Shown here: piece by piece, positions 53,302 to 63,229 of the stretch
How positions within the stretch are numbered: the first letter of the stretch is position 1
Layout: every line of letters starts with the position of its first letter
DNA from: a bacterium
Lineage (GTDB): Bacteria > Patescibacteriota > Microgenomatia > UBA8517
Reading direction: 5' to 3'
Assembly (NCBI GenBank): GCA_030583725.1
Contig: CP129472.1
Location: 142,958 to 206,957 of the forward strand
Length of the DNA: 64,000 bases
Program-made: the position numbers and the translations under genes
Notes under the pieces: generated by a model
What the model was told of the DNA's origin: nothing
What the model saw: the letters and a program-made list of their open reading frames with translations, nothing else
Databases searched by the model: none

Positions 53302-54321
53302 ACCCACGAGGCTAAACATCCAAAACATTATATGAGGATAAAAAAGACTATTGGCAAAAATACTATGCACCAATACCGCCAAAAAACTAATTGTTAAAAA
53401 TGGGCTTGTGGGGATTTGTAAAATGAAATATATAAATAATATAAAACCAATAATACCGGTGGTTGCCAGTAAAAATAAAATAGAAGAATCAGAACCACTA
53501 CAAGAATGAGAATCTATGTTCACTTCACCTAGATACTTTACTCTTGCATTACAAATATTATTAAATCCAACACCTACTAGTGGAGACCTTTTAATAATTT
53601 CAAAAGTTTCTCTATAATTTTCAAGTTTATTGTTCCCACTTACTGTTCTTGCAAAATTAGTACCCTCACCAATGTTCTTTGGTAAAAATACTATCACTAA
53701 CACAAAAATTAAAATGCCTAAATATTTTTTATTCAGTAGTGAAACTAGAAACAAAAGAAGGTAGCTAATTCTTGAGTATGTGAATAAAATACTTAATGCT
53801 AGAAAATAAAAAGCTAAATTATTCTTTTTTTGTAGTGCAACAATAACACCTAACACTAGAACTAACCCCAAAAATGTTGGATCTAGAAATGTACCCGTCA
53901 TCCTTAATAGGTGATCATCCCAGCCAAAATACTTTAATGTTGTTAAATCAGGCCAAATTAAATATTGAATCCAGCCAAAAATTGCACTGGCTATACTAGC
54001 TACCAGTAGATATTTTAGAATTAAAGACTTTTGTTTTACGAAGTTAGAAATATAGACTGCTACAAATGCATATGAAGTAAGCCTAGCTAAATATAATATG
54101 CTTTTTAATTCAAAAAACTGATAATTAATAACTAAGGAAAATAAACAAAATAAAATAAAGTAGATAAAATATTTAAACCATGAAGGGTATGTGGGTTTAT
54201 GCAACAAAGTAAGCAGTGCAAGTAGTAAAACGGCTATGTCAAAAAGATTTACAAAGCCAAACTTAAAAAGCTGGCCAAAAGGAAATATGATTAGTGTTGC
54301 AAAAAATATAATTTTAACCAT
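53269..54321 (-). CDS. O-antigen ligase/polymerase-like polytopic membrane protein
   Basis: 350 aa, >=10 TM, 'FTYSRISYLLLFLV' ligase-type loop. Confidence 0.5.
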   Translation of the reverse strand: MVKIIFFATLIIFPFGQLFKFGFVNLFDIAVLLLALLTLLHKPTYPSWFKYFIYFILFCLFSLVINYQFFELKSILYLARLTSYAFVAVYISNFVKQKSLILKYLLVASIASAIFGWIQYLIWPDLTTLKYFGWDDHLLRMTGTFLDPTFLGLVLVLGVIVALQKKNNLAFYFLALSILFTYSRISYLLLFLVSLLNKKYLGILIFVLVIVFLPKNIGEGTNFARTVSGNNKLENYRETFEIIKRSPLVGVGFNNICNARVKYLGEVNIDSHSCSGSDSSILFLLATTGIIGFILFIYFILQIPTSPFLTISFLAVLVHSIFANSLFYPHIMFWMFSLVGLGSKINGKGS

Positions 54322-54836
54322 GCGAGATATGAGTGTAATGATTGCATTATACTAAATACAATATGTTTTGACTTTATATAGGTAACTATTAATTTTCCAA
54401 TTGGGAAAAATATAATTTTAAAAAGAGTTGATCGCTTTCCTTCTTTCAGGTTTTCTTTAGCATGTAAGTCTGAATATTTATTTATTTTTTTTAAGTAGTC
54501 TGTTAAATTGTCTGCAGTATTATGAATAATAACGTTGTCTAAATTACTTACATTTTTAATATCCCATGTTTCATGTACTCCTCTCTTCCATGTTACAAAC
54601 TTTCTTTTACCCAATCTTAATATTTTGTCATCCCCTACATATTGACCCAAAAAATAATTCTTGCGTGTTAAATAATAACCATCGTATTTGTTTGAAATGT
54701 TTTTAATAGGACTTGACAATTTCTCGTCAGAGTCTAGGAACAAAACCCAATCAGCTTTTGATTTTTGCAAAAGTTCATTTCGTGCTTTTGCAAAATCAGT
54801 AATATTAGATTTTTTTAGTTCCAAAATATTTAACAT
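54291..54836 (-). CDS. family-2 glycosyltransferase lacking the N-terminal nucleotide-binding portion (remnant?)
   Basis: Begins at GT2 mid-region 'AKARNELLQKSKADWVLFLDSDEKL' (DxD); no 'VIIPxxN...DDGS' upstream, space occupied by the flippase gene in another frame. Confidence 0.4.
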   Translation of the reverse strand: MLNILELKKSNITDFAKARNELLQKSKADWVLFLDSDEKLSSPIKNISNKYDGYYLTRKNYFLGQYVGDDKILRLGKRKFVTWKRGVHETWDIKNVSNLDNVIIHNTADNLTDYLKKINKYSDLHAKENLKEGKRSTLFKIIFFPIGKLIVTYIKSKHIVFSIMQSLHSYLAWLKLYFLQH

Positions 54837-56046
54837 AGTAATATAGTGTTAAGGGGATTGAAAAAATAACAGCAATGATTGTTGCATAACCTGCACCCAC
54901 CAAACCAAATATTTTAATTAGGGGGTATAGGATAACAGCTAAGCAGATAGTACTAGTTAGGGTTATATATGTAACAGCTTCTTGTTTTCCAATTCCTAAG
55001 AATAGTGAAAAAAACGAATTAGATATTGCCTTGATAACCCCATAAATGGCTAAAAGTTGTAGAACAGGTGCAGCTGGTAACCAATTTTCGCCTAAAGCAA
55101 ACATAACTATTTCTACAGGAAACTTAAAAATAAAATAGCCGAAGGGAATAGCAAATAGGCAAATTATGAACAATGTCTTTAAAAATGCTTTCTTTAGCCT
55201 CTGTGTCTCATCTTTTAAATTAACATATATTGGAAAGGTCACTTTATTAAAAATTTCCCCAACTTCAGAAACTGGAAGTGTGGAAATTTTGTATGCCTGT
55301 TGATAAATTCCCAAACTTGCAGTTCCCAAGATACGACCAACTACAATATCATCTAAATTTTGAAACAAATAATTAAAAACACCAGCTCCTGTTATCCACT
55401 TACCACGATTTATAACTTCTAAAGTTTTCTCCTTATCAAAAATAAACTTTGGGATTGGTTTAAAAAACTTAAAAGATAAAAATACCTCTAGAGTGGTTGA
55501 GATGATCATTGCATATACAAGAGAATTTTCAGATTTTGTAATGAGGCCTAACAGAATTGCAAAAAACACATTAACAATAAATACTCCCGAATCGTAGAAG
55601 AATTGTTTGTTAAACTCCAAATTCTTTTGATATTTTACACAGGCTGGATTTATAAAACCACGAATCATGGGAACAACACTGACAAGATACAATATATTAA
55701 CTGCTGAAACATTTTTAAAATATCCTGCTATAACTGGAGCTAAAATTAAAATTAAAAGTCCAACTATCAAACCTCTTACAATAGAAACAACCCAAGCAGA
55801 ATTTAAATAACTATCAATATTTTTATTCTTTTGAATTAAGAATATGTTTATCCCTGTCTCTGTTAACATCTCAAGAAATCCTAAGACTAGTGAAGCAATA
55901 CCATATATACCAAATTGGGCTGGAAGTAATACTCTTGCAAGAACTGCAATTTTTAGTAACGCAAGTAACCTAGTAAGGCCACGTAGGGCACCCATCCAAC
56001 TAATTCCTTTTAGTGCTTGATTGTAGTATCCCATGACTAAATCCAA
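54805..56046 (-). CDS. polysaccharide biosynthesis protein / Wzx-type oligosaccharide flippase
   Basis: 413 aa, ~12 TM, N-terminal 'GALRGLTRLLALLKIAVLARVLLPAQFGIYG' typical of PST-family flippases; true start may be internal Met. Confidence 0.75.
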   Translation of the reverse strand: MDLVMGYYNQALKGISWMGALRGLTRLLALLKIAVLARVLLPAQFGIYGIASLVLGFLEMLTETGINIFLIQKNKNIDSYLNSAWVVSIVRGLIVGLLILILAPVIAGYFKNVSAVNILYLVSVVPMIRGFINPACVKYQKNLEFNKQFFYDSGVFIVNVFFAILLGLITKSENSLVYAMIISTTLEVFLSFKFFKPIPKFIFDKEKTLEVINRGKWITGAGVFNYLFQNLDDIVVGRILGTASLGIYQQAYKISTLPVSEVGEIFNKVTFPIYVNLKDETQRLKKAFLKTLFIICLFAIPFGYFIFKFPVEIVMFALGENWLPAAPVLQLLAIYGVIKAISNSFFSLFLGIGKQEAVTYITLTSTICLAVILYPLIKIFGLVGAGYATIIAVIFSIPLTLYYYVKYFGTKKI

Positions 56047-56902
56047 TTATACCAGCAATATCTGAAACAAATTGAAGCAGAACACCCCAAGTTCCAGCCT
56101 TTCTAAAAGCCCAGAAGGCATAAAGAGTTAAGAGTGATAAAAAGTACAAGTTTCCAAAGTAATAAAATGTTAAAACAAAAATTAAGTAACGTAAAAAGAC
56201 AGTTAATATTTTAATATTGTGAGTCTTAAACTTTTTAATAGGATGCCACCAAATTCCAGATAGCGCGTCGCCTTTTGCATATCTATAAATACTTATCGCA
56301 AACTCTGATAAATCTTTTGGCAAACTCCAATCAACCATTGCATTTTTTGCAACAACAAACTTTGCCCCAACTTTTAAAAGCTCTAAATTAAAAACAGTAT
56401 CCTCTGCAGTTTCAGTCAATTTTTCAGGAAAACCACCAGCCCTTTTCCAGATATCTTTTGTAAAGGCCAAAGACCTGGCTGATGGCATGAAGTCAGAATT
56501 AATATCTTTTTTGTTAACCCCCAAAAAAACACTGCATGCTTTTTGAAATGAATTTTTGGTAATCATTTCATAACCACCTGCAACGACGTCAACCTTATTG
56601 TTCTTTTCTGTAAATGGAAATGTCAACTTTTCTAACCAGTTATAGTGTGGCAAACATCCAGCGTCAGTAACTGCAATAATTTCGTTCTTTGCCTTTTTAA
56701 TTGAAATATTTCTACCCTTTGACCTTGAACAATTTTTATATTTTTTAGCATCAATAATTATAATTTCATCAGGTTTTAGTGTTTGACTGTTTAAAGCATT
56801 AAGAAGTTTATTGATAGTTTCCTCTGATTCATTAAGTACAGTTACACAAACTGATGCTTTTACAAAACTCTGATCTTGCCAAGCTTTGCTTATTTTCGCC
56901 AT
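56000..56902 (-). CDS. family-2 glycosyltransferase
   Basis: 'VCVTVLNESEETINKLLNALNSQT...DEIIIIDAKKY...IAVTDAGC' GT2 N-terminal layout, C-terminal TM segments. Confidence 0.75.
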   Translation of the reverse strand: MAKISKAWQDQSFVKASVCVTVLNESEETINKLLNALNSQTLKPDEIIIIDAKKYKNCSRSKGRNISIKKAKNEIIAVTDAGCLPHYNWLEKLTFPFTEKNNKVDVVAGGYEMITKNSFQKACSVFLGVNKKDINSDFMPSARSLAFTKDIWKRAGGFPEKLTETAEDTVFNLELLKVGAKFVVAKNAMVDWSLPKDLSEFAISIYRYAKGDALSGIWWHPIKKFKTHNIKILTVFLRYLIFVLTFYYFGNLYFLSLLTLYAFWAFRKAGTWGVLLQFVSDIAGIIGFSHGILQSSTKRN

Positions 56903-57696
56903 AATTTTAGATAGACTTCACAAATTTTACTCCAAGTAGGTATTTTTTTTATTGACATAATTTCATTCCAATAGTCTTCTTTTAATTTATTGTGGGAAAA
57001 TGTCAAAATTTTGCAGTTCGCATTTTTAGCTTCTAAGTATGAAAGATATCCAGAGGGTACACAATATTCTGCAGTTTTTAAATATTTTTCAGGGTTTGGG
57101 TCATTAGTTATATATTTAACTTTATACTTTTCTCTTTGTTTTTTGAGCCATTTCTGAAATTCAAAATATCCAGTGTCTTTTTCTTGTCTTCCAAGCCATA
57201 CAACTGTATTTTTTATTTTTGTTTGTCGGCCATAGTCTTGACCAAGCTTTCTGACCGCCCCATGAATTATGTAATCTGGTTTTATTTTGTAATACTTTTC
57301 AATATACTTACCTACTGCGATACTTCCGTTACATAAATAGTTTGCAACTTTTTTGTTTAAGATGTTATATATTGGTATTGGATATTTTCCTTCCCAGCCA
57401 TGAAAAGTTATGAAAATTTTTTTGAAAGGTAATAAAAAACAAAAAGGTAAATACCAAATAAACACATCGTGAATATGTATAATATCTGTTTTATATAAAA
57501 CTTTGATATTTTTTAAAAACCAAAACCAAATATATAGAAGTCCAATGATTTTAATGTGTGGTTGTTTAATATCCTCTTCGGAAATAGTAGTAACTACATA
57601 ATCCTTCTTTTTCAATTCTTCACTAATCTCCCTAATATGTTTTTCAACACCACCAATATGTGGAGGTTTATGTTTGGAAATAAATAATATTCTCAT
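56890..57696 (-). CDS. compact GT4/GT1-like glycosyltransferase
   Basis: N-terminal 'MRILFISKHKPPHIGGVEKHIREISEEL', C-terminal 'VPSGYLSYLEAKNANCKIL' (E-x7-E region). Confidence 0.55.
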   Translation of the reverse strand: MRILFISKHKPPHIGGVEKHIREISEELKKKDYVVTTISEEDIKQPHIKIIGLLYIWFWFLKNIKVLYKTDIIHIHDVFIWYLPFCFLLPFKKIFITFHGWEGKYPIPIYNILNKKVANYLCNGSIAVGKYIEKYYKIKPDYIIHGAVRKLGQDYGRQTKIKNTVVWLGRQEKDTGYFEFQKWLKKQREKYKVKYITNDPNPEKYLKTAEYCVPSGYLSYLEAKNANCKILTFSHNKLKEDYWNEIMSIKKIPTWSKICEVYLKLWRK

Positions 57697-57761
57697 ACGC
57701 TTTCCATTCTAATAAATGTAAATAAAATATTCATGATTTATAAGTTGAAAAGTAAACATTT

Positions 57762-58418
57762 TCATTTCTTGGTCACTATGACTATAAGTAAATTCGGTAT
57801 CCCAATTTGAAAAAGTTTGGATACCATGGTTTTCATCCAAAAAAACTTATTATAAGCGAAAAGATATTTAGATTTTGTTATCTGGAAACCCGAAGCATTT
57901 AATAAACTAGCTAACTTTTTTTCTGTAAAAATTTGGAGATGTTGATTGTTCATACTATCAATTTTTGATTCATTGAGTGGTACAGATACTATAAGTTTTG
58001 CTTGTTTGTTCATGACTCTAAATATTTCGTCCATAACTCTTCGTAGCACTATTGAATTTAAATGTTCCAAGACATCTAACGCACAAATGACATCAAAAAA
58101 ACCACTTTTAAATGGTAATTTACTACCTAACTTCTGTTGTATAAACGTTCCTTTGAAGTTAACATTTGCGCGTTTAACTGCCTCGTGTGAGATATCTATC
58201 CCAAATAACACTAGATTTAAATTCTTATCAATAACTTTTTGTTCTAAATATCCATACCCAAAGCCTAAGTCAAGCAAATTTCCCTTTAACTTTGAGATTT
58301 CAGAGACCACAATTTTATTTTTCATTTTATATATAGGCGACTGAAACAGTGTTGTACGATTACTTTTTATTTTATTATCCCAAAATTTTACAGAATTTTT
58401 CATTTTAGTTGTTGACAT
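57762..58418 (-). CDS. class I SAM-dependent methyltransferase
   Basis: Motif I 'LLDLGFGYGYL', motif II 'FDVICALDVLEHL'. Confidence 0.8.
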   Translation of the reverse strand: MSTTKMKNSVKFWDNKIKSNRTTLFQSPIYKMKNKIVVSEISKLKGNLLDLGFGYGYLEQKVIDKNLNLVLFGIDISHEAVKRANVNFKGTFIQQKLGSKLPFKSGFFDVICALDVLEHLNSIVLRRVMDEIFRVMNKQAKLIVSVPLNESKIDSMNNQHLQIFTEKKLASLLNASGFQITKSKYLFAYNKFFWMKTMVSKLFQIGIPNLLIVIVTKK

Positions 58419-60562
58419 GTATTTTTTTAAGATGCATATTTATATTTATAGTGAGTGTTAAAAAAACTATATTAGTTAAGTTTTTCATCTTCATTGTCGC
58501 ACTGATAATTGTTTTGTCTAGACCTCTTATTATACACGCTCTAGATTTAAAATCTGAGTGGAATTACAATACAGAAATACCACTTTTAAACGGTGTGGCT
58601 AGTAGTTATTCATTCATTTTAAATGATAAGATTTATTTGATCGGAGGTGCTGGCGCAATATCACTTCCTGTGGGGTATTTTTCACAACTCAATTCATTGG
58701 GCGAAATTTTAAATTGGGAGGAGTTATCCAGTACCCCAAATATATATTGGCATTCAGGAGCGAATAATAATAAGTATGTATACATTCTTGGTGGGGCTCG
58801 TGGCTTACCCTCTATTTTACTGGACGAAGTAGTGTACGCTGAAATACAGAGCAACGGTGATATTACCACATGGAACACAACACAGAAACTACCATTGAAA
58901 CTAAGTTTTGGATCAGCTTTTATCTTTGATAATAGCGTCTATTATGTAGGAGGTTCGACAAATGGCGAAAATCAAGCGAGCTCAAGAAATGAAATTTACA
59001 AGTCTACAATAAGTGTTGATGACGGTAGTTTAGGAGAATGGACGCTAGCAGGTACATTACCAGTTAGATTGCAAAGATTTTCACTTTATGTCCATAATGA
59101 TAAGGTAGCAATCATTGGTGGTATTTCAAACACCGGCATAACTAACTCTGTTTATTTGGGCACAATTGACACAAATGGTCTAATATCTAGCTGGATCACG
59201 CAGCCAAACCTACTATTTCCTAACAATAGAGGTTCATTAACTGCACTTAATGATAACCTAGTACTGATTGGCGGTTATTCCCCCAGCGTAACAAATAAAG
59301 TTGTGTACGCACCCATATTAAGCAATTCGTCGATAGGTGAATGGAATGAGAGCGATGCAATCTTACCTTACACAAATTGTTGTTCTGCGGTCTCGACTAG
59401 CGGAAACTACATATACATTCTTGGCGGACATAATGGTCAGAATTATACGAGGAATGTTTTGTTTAACTCATCACCAACACCATTACCAACTCCAATTATC
59501 CCAATAATGCAGGTGACAAATTTAAAACAATATACTGGAGGTTGGGAGAATGACTGGTATGATCATATAAGTGGAACAATTAAACAATATGGTTGTGCAC
59601 TAACTTCTGCCGTCATGGTTTTGCAATATCATGGTCATAGTATTTCTCCAGATACTCTAAATGACTGGCTAAAAACACAAAGTGATGGTTATATTAGAAA
59701 TGGTTTAATTAATTGGCTTGCAGTTTCAAGATATACAAAATTGAATGATTCAAGTAGTTCACCAACTTTGGAATATAAGAGATATACTCCAACACAAGAA
59801 AATTTGGATAATGAATTAACCAATAACAGACCTGCAATTTTAAAACAACCTGGTCATTTTGTGGTAGCAACTGGAAAAATGCACGATGGAATTTATACTA
59901 TTAATGACCCAGGGTATGAGAACAGGTCTGACCTGAGTCCATATGGTAATTATTCCTTGGCCATTAATTCATATACTCCAACACATTCTGATCTCTCATA
60001 TATTATGTTTACTGTTGACCAACACATTAATCTGGAGCTACTTGACTCACATGGAAATCCTGTAGAAAGCCAGTCATTTATAGAAGAACCAATAAATGAT
60101 CTTGAAAATACTAGTAACACCAGTGGAGAGGTTTTAAAGGTTTTAATTTTTGAAAAGCCTAAAGGTTCAAGTTATACACTTAATGTTAGTGGAGCTAGTG
60201 GATCATACGAATTGGATTCATATATGTATTCTATTGATGGCAATGTAACAATGAATAAATTTAGTGGTTCATTAATGGGCGGGGATACAGATATATACAA
60301 CATCAAGTTTAATTCAAAAAGTAAAGTTAAACTTTCAATTGATGGAATATTACTTAATTTGGATAACGCATATAAAAACAAACTAATTAAAAATAAAGGA
60401 ATTTACCAATCTATAAAAATGCATATTAAGTTTTATCAAAGGTTTCACTCAGACAATATTATTAAATTTTTGATTAAACATATAAAAAGACTTACACCAA
60501 GATTTATTGACACAACTTACTCACTAAACTTAAGGCAAGATTTAACTACTTTGATTAAATAA
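58409..60562 (+). CDS. secreted Kelch-type beta-propeller protein with papain-like C39-like peptidase domain and C-terminal beta-sandwich
   Basis: Signal/TM N-terminus; repeated 'YxxGG' Kelch blades; 'GCALTSAVMVLQYHG' Cys and 'PGHFVVATGKMHDGIYTINDPG' His of Peptidase_C39_2-like fold. Confidence 0.6.
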   Translation: MLTCIFLRCIFIFIVSVKKTILVKFFIFIVALIIVLSRPLIIHALDLKSEWNYNTEIPLLNGVASSYSFILNDKIYLIGGAGAISLPVGYFSQLNSLGEILNWEELSSTPNIYWHSGANNNKYVYILGGARGLPSILLDEVVYAEIQSNGDITTWNTTQKLPLKLSFGSAFIFDNSVYYVGGSTNGENQASSRNEIYKSTISVDDGSLGEWTLAGTLPVRLQRFSLYVHNDKVAIIGGISNTGITNSVYLGTIDTNGLISSWITQPNLLFPNNRGSLTALNDNLVLIGGYSPSVTNKVVYAPILSNSSIGEWNESDAILPYTNCCSAVSTSGNYIYILGGHNGQNYTRNVLFNSSPTPLPTPIIPIMQVTNLKQYTGGWENDWYDHISGTIKQYGCALTSAVMVLQYHGHSISPDTLNDWLKTQSDGYIRNGLINWLAVSRYTKLNDSSSSPTLEYKRYTPTQENLDNELTNNRPAILKQPGHFVVATGKMHDGIYTINDPGYENRSDLSPYGNYSLAINSYTPTHSDLSYIMFTVDQHINLELLDSHGNPVESQSFIEEPINDLENTSNTSGEVLKVLIFEKPKGSSYTLNVSGASGSYELDSYMYSIDGNVTMNKFSGSLMGGDTDIYNIKFNSKSKVKLSIDGILLNLDNAYKNKLIKNKGIYQSIKMHIKFYQRFHSDNIIKFLIKHIKRLTPRFIDTTYSLNLRQDLTTLIK

Positions 60563-60575
60563 TGTATAATTAGGT

Positions 60576-60830
60576 ATGATGCAAGGGAGCAAACGTACAG
60601 GACATACGGGTTGGAAAATTACCGTACCTACACCTTCAGAAGAGCCAGCTGCAGGACATGTTTCACTGGATGGAACAGAAGTTATCCCAAAAGTTAATTT
60701 ACCAGTTACACCACGGGACAAAGAGATAAAAACAGTACTTGCACCAACGATTGAGGGTGCTAAGAAAAACCCAGAAGATGAAATAAACCCTAAGGGATCA
60801 ACTATTTTACCTGAGGTAAGAATTTCTTAA
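60576..60830 (+). CDS. hypothetical small protein
   Basis: 84 aa, locally higher GC; 3' end overlaps the convergent membrane-protein gene by 29 nt. Confidence 0.2.
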   Translation: MMQGSKRTGHTGWKITVPTPSEEPAAGHVSLDGTEVIPKVNLPVTPRDKEIKTVLAPTIEGAKKNPEDEINPKGSTILPEVRIS

Positions 60831-61404
60831 AATTTAAATACACTTCTCTTAATCTTTTTACTACTGCATACATAAAAATAGCTTGACAGAACCAGAAGAA
60901 AATCATAAACCAAGGTTTTGTTACATCAGTGCCTACATTTATACTATGTGCAGATACAAAGATAAATGCCAAATAATTCAACATATGCAGTTTTCTCCAG
61001 TTTACTGCTAACCACTGATCAACTTTTTTTCCAAATAGTAAAAATCCATTTCTACCAGAGAAGCTGGCCAAGCTTTGCTTATACTTTGCAACAATAACTG
61101 CAATTGTAAAAATATAAAATGCAAATCTCCCTAAGCTTAAAAACCACTCATATTTGTTATTACCACACATTACACAAAAATCTACAAAAACATAAAATGG
61201 ATCAATTTCACCTGACAGAAAATATCTATAGATAACAAAAAGAAGTGGATGTAAAAGAATAAATGTATATGCAAATATACCACTAATCATATGAAATCTT
61301 AAATACTTTCTATCAGTACTTAAAAAAACCTGCAGGGTAATTAAAGCAAATGCAGTTATTCCTGTTATTCTTTGTAATAAATTAATAATTTCTAAATTTG
61401 TCAT
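60802..61404 (-). CDS. polytopic membrane protein (ferric-reductase/MsrQ-like transmembrane domain?)
   Basis: Start at ATG 61404 (MTNLEII) because track start 61470 would run through the tRNA-Val gene; 6 TM with conserved His in 'ILLHPLLF' and 'SAHSINVG'. Confidence 0.4.
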   Translation of the reverse strand: MTNLEIINLLQRITGITAFALITLQVFLSTDRKYLRFHMISGIFAYTFILLHPLLFVIYRYFLSGEIDPFYVFVDFCVMCGNNKYEWFLSLGRFAFYIFTIAVIVAKYKQSLASFSGRNGFLLFGKKVDQWLAVNWRKLHMLNYLAFIFVSAHSINVGTDVTKPWFMIFFWFCQAIFMYAVVKRLREVYLNFKKFLPQVK

Positions 61405-61408
61405 ATTT

Positions 61409-61485
61409 TGGTGGATTCGCCCCGATTTGAACGGGGGGCCTTTGCAATGTGAATGCAACGCTCTAACCAACTGAGCTACGAATCC
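61409..61485 (-). tRNA. tRNA-Val (anticodon CAC), CCA encoded
   Basis: rc: GGATTCG-TA-GCTC-AGTTGGTTA-GAGC-G-TTGCA-TTCACAT-TGCAA-AGGCC-CCCCG-TTCAAAT-CGGGG-CGAATCC-A-CCA; all stems Watson-Crick. Confidence 0.85.
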
Positions 61486-61563
61486 CTATATCTATATTAG
61501 AGTAATAATATCATCTTTTTAGTTCTTTTCACAGAATTGACATCTGGCTTGAATTAACCTAAA

Positions 61564-62649
61564 TTGATTATTGTCGTGGCAAAATTAAATGACATACAAC
61601 TTGCCCTTTCATACGATGATGTACTTCTGGTACCTCAATATTCAAGTATAAATAGTAGAAACGAAGTATCATTAAAAACCAAAATTAGTAACAAAGTTAC
61701 ATTAGAAATACCACTAATAACTGCAAATATGAGTGATGTTACTGACGTAAAAATGGCAACTGCCATTGCAAAACTTGGAGGTCTTGGAGTCATACCAAGA
61801 TTTTTACCAATAGAAATGCAGGCAAACGAGGTTTTTGAGGTCAAAAAAACATCTCAAATTGTTGGTGCTGCAGTTGGAGCTAGAAATGGTATTGTTGAAA
61901 GGGCTGAAAGTTTAGTTAAAGCAGGCGTTGATATTTTGTTCATAGATGTAGCTCATGGCCATATGCAAAAAAATATAGATGCAACTAAAAAGTTAAAACA
62001 ATTGTTTGGTAATTCAGTTGACATTGTATCAGGCAACACAGCAACTTTTGAAGCCACAGATGACCTTTTTAAGGCAGGTGCAGACTGTGTTAAAGTAGGA
62101 GTAGGACCAGGTTCTATTTGTACAACAAGAATTGAAACAGGGTCAGGTATACCTCAAATAACTGCAATTTTAGAAGCTGCCAAAGCTGCAAGGAAACATA
62201 AAAAATTTATAATTGCAGACGGTGGAATTAAAACTTCTGGAGATGTTGTTAAAGCCCTTGCTGCTGGTGCATCTGCAGTAATGGCAGGTAGTATTTTTGC
62301 AGGTTGTGATGAATCTCCTGGTAAGATTGTTAAAATTAAGGGCAAAAAATTCAAAGTTTACAATGCCTCTACTTCAATGGCTGAAAAGAAAAGGCATTTT
62401 TTATTTAACAAAAAAGAAGTTGAATCTCACTATATCAAACAAATTGAAGGAGTAGAGTCAATTGTCCCCTACAAAGGATCCCTTTCATCATTAGTAGAAA
62501 GATATGTTGCAAATATACGTTCCGGCCTAAGTTACTCTGGTGCAGAAAACATCAATAAGTTATGGCAGAACTCAAAATTTGTAAGAATAACCTCACAAGG
62601 ACTAAAGGAAAGTGGCTCTCATGATGTGCTACTATACAACACACGTTAA
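61564..62649 (+). CDS. IMP dehydrogenase/GMP reductase-family protein without CBS subdomain
   Basis: '[13 protein letters not shown]', '[13 protein letters not shown]', '[24 protein letters not shown]' catalytic Cys loop, '[25 protein letters not shown]'. Confidence 0.85.
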   Translation: MIIVVAKLNDIQLALSYDDVLLVPQYSSINSRNEVSLKTKISNKVTLEIPLITANMSDVTDVKMATAIAKLGGLGVIPRFLPIEMQANEVFEVKKTSQIVGAAVGARNGIVERAESLVKAGVDILFIDVAHGHMQKNIDATKKLKQLFGNSVDIVSGNTATFEATDDLFKAGADCVKVGVGPGSICTTRIETGSGIPQITAILEAAKAARKHKKFIIADGGIKTSGDVVKALAAGASAVMAGSIFAGCDESPGKIVKIKGKKFKVYNASTSMAEKKRHFLFNKKEVESHYIKQIEGVESIVPYKGSLSSLVERYVANIRSGLSYSGAENINKLWQNSKFVRITSQGLKESGSHDVLLYNTR

Positions 62650-62660
62650 AGACTAATATA

Positions 62661-63212
62661 ATGTTATCTATGCTACACAAACTTGGAGCCTTTTTTATGG
62701 ATATTTTAGAAGTTATTGTCTTGGCTGTTGGTATTTTTTTGATTGTCTATCTTTTAATCTTAAGGCCTCACAAAATTAAGGGCCAATCAATGCACCCCAC
62801 TTTTCCAGATGGTGAATACTTATTAACAGAAAAGGTTACATATTATAGAAATGACCCACAAAGGGGTGATGTTGTAGTTTTTAAACCACCTATCTCAGAT
62901 GATGAGTTTATAAAAAGAATAATTGCAACCCCAGGAGACAGTGTTATGGTCTTAAATGGCAGAGTTTTTATAAATGACACTGAACTTAAAGAAGACTATA
63001 TAAAAGTAAACACAAACTCTAGTAATTTTCTTGCTGAAGGAGAAAAATACACAGTACCAGAAGGGAATTATATTGTCATGGGTGACAATAGACCACACTC
63101 TTCAGACTCTAGGGCTTGGGGACCTATCACCAAAAAAGCTATAACAGGCAAAGCATGGTTGGTTTATTATCCATTTAACTTAGCAGGAACTATAAAATCT
63201 CCAAATTATTAA
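62661..63212 (+). CDS. lepB: signal peptidase I
   Basis: TM anchor, 'GQSMHPTFPDGEYLL' (Ser box), 'GDVVVFK', 'IKRIIATPGD' (Lys box), 'GDNRPHSSDSRAWGPI'. Confidence 0.85.
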   Translation: MLSMLHKLGAFFMDILEVIVLAVGIFLIVYLLILRPHKIKGQSMHPTFPDGEYLLTEKVTYYRNDPQRGDVVVFKPPISDDEFIKRIIATPGDSVMVLNGRVFINDTELKEDYIKVNTNSSNFLAEGEKYTVPEGNYIVMGDNRPHSSDSRAWGPITKKAITGKAWLVYYPFNLAGTIKSPNY

Positions 63213-63229
63213 GTACTTTTTAAAAAAAG

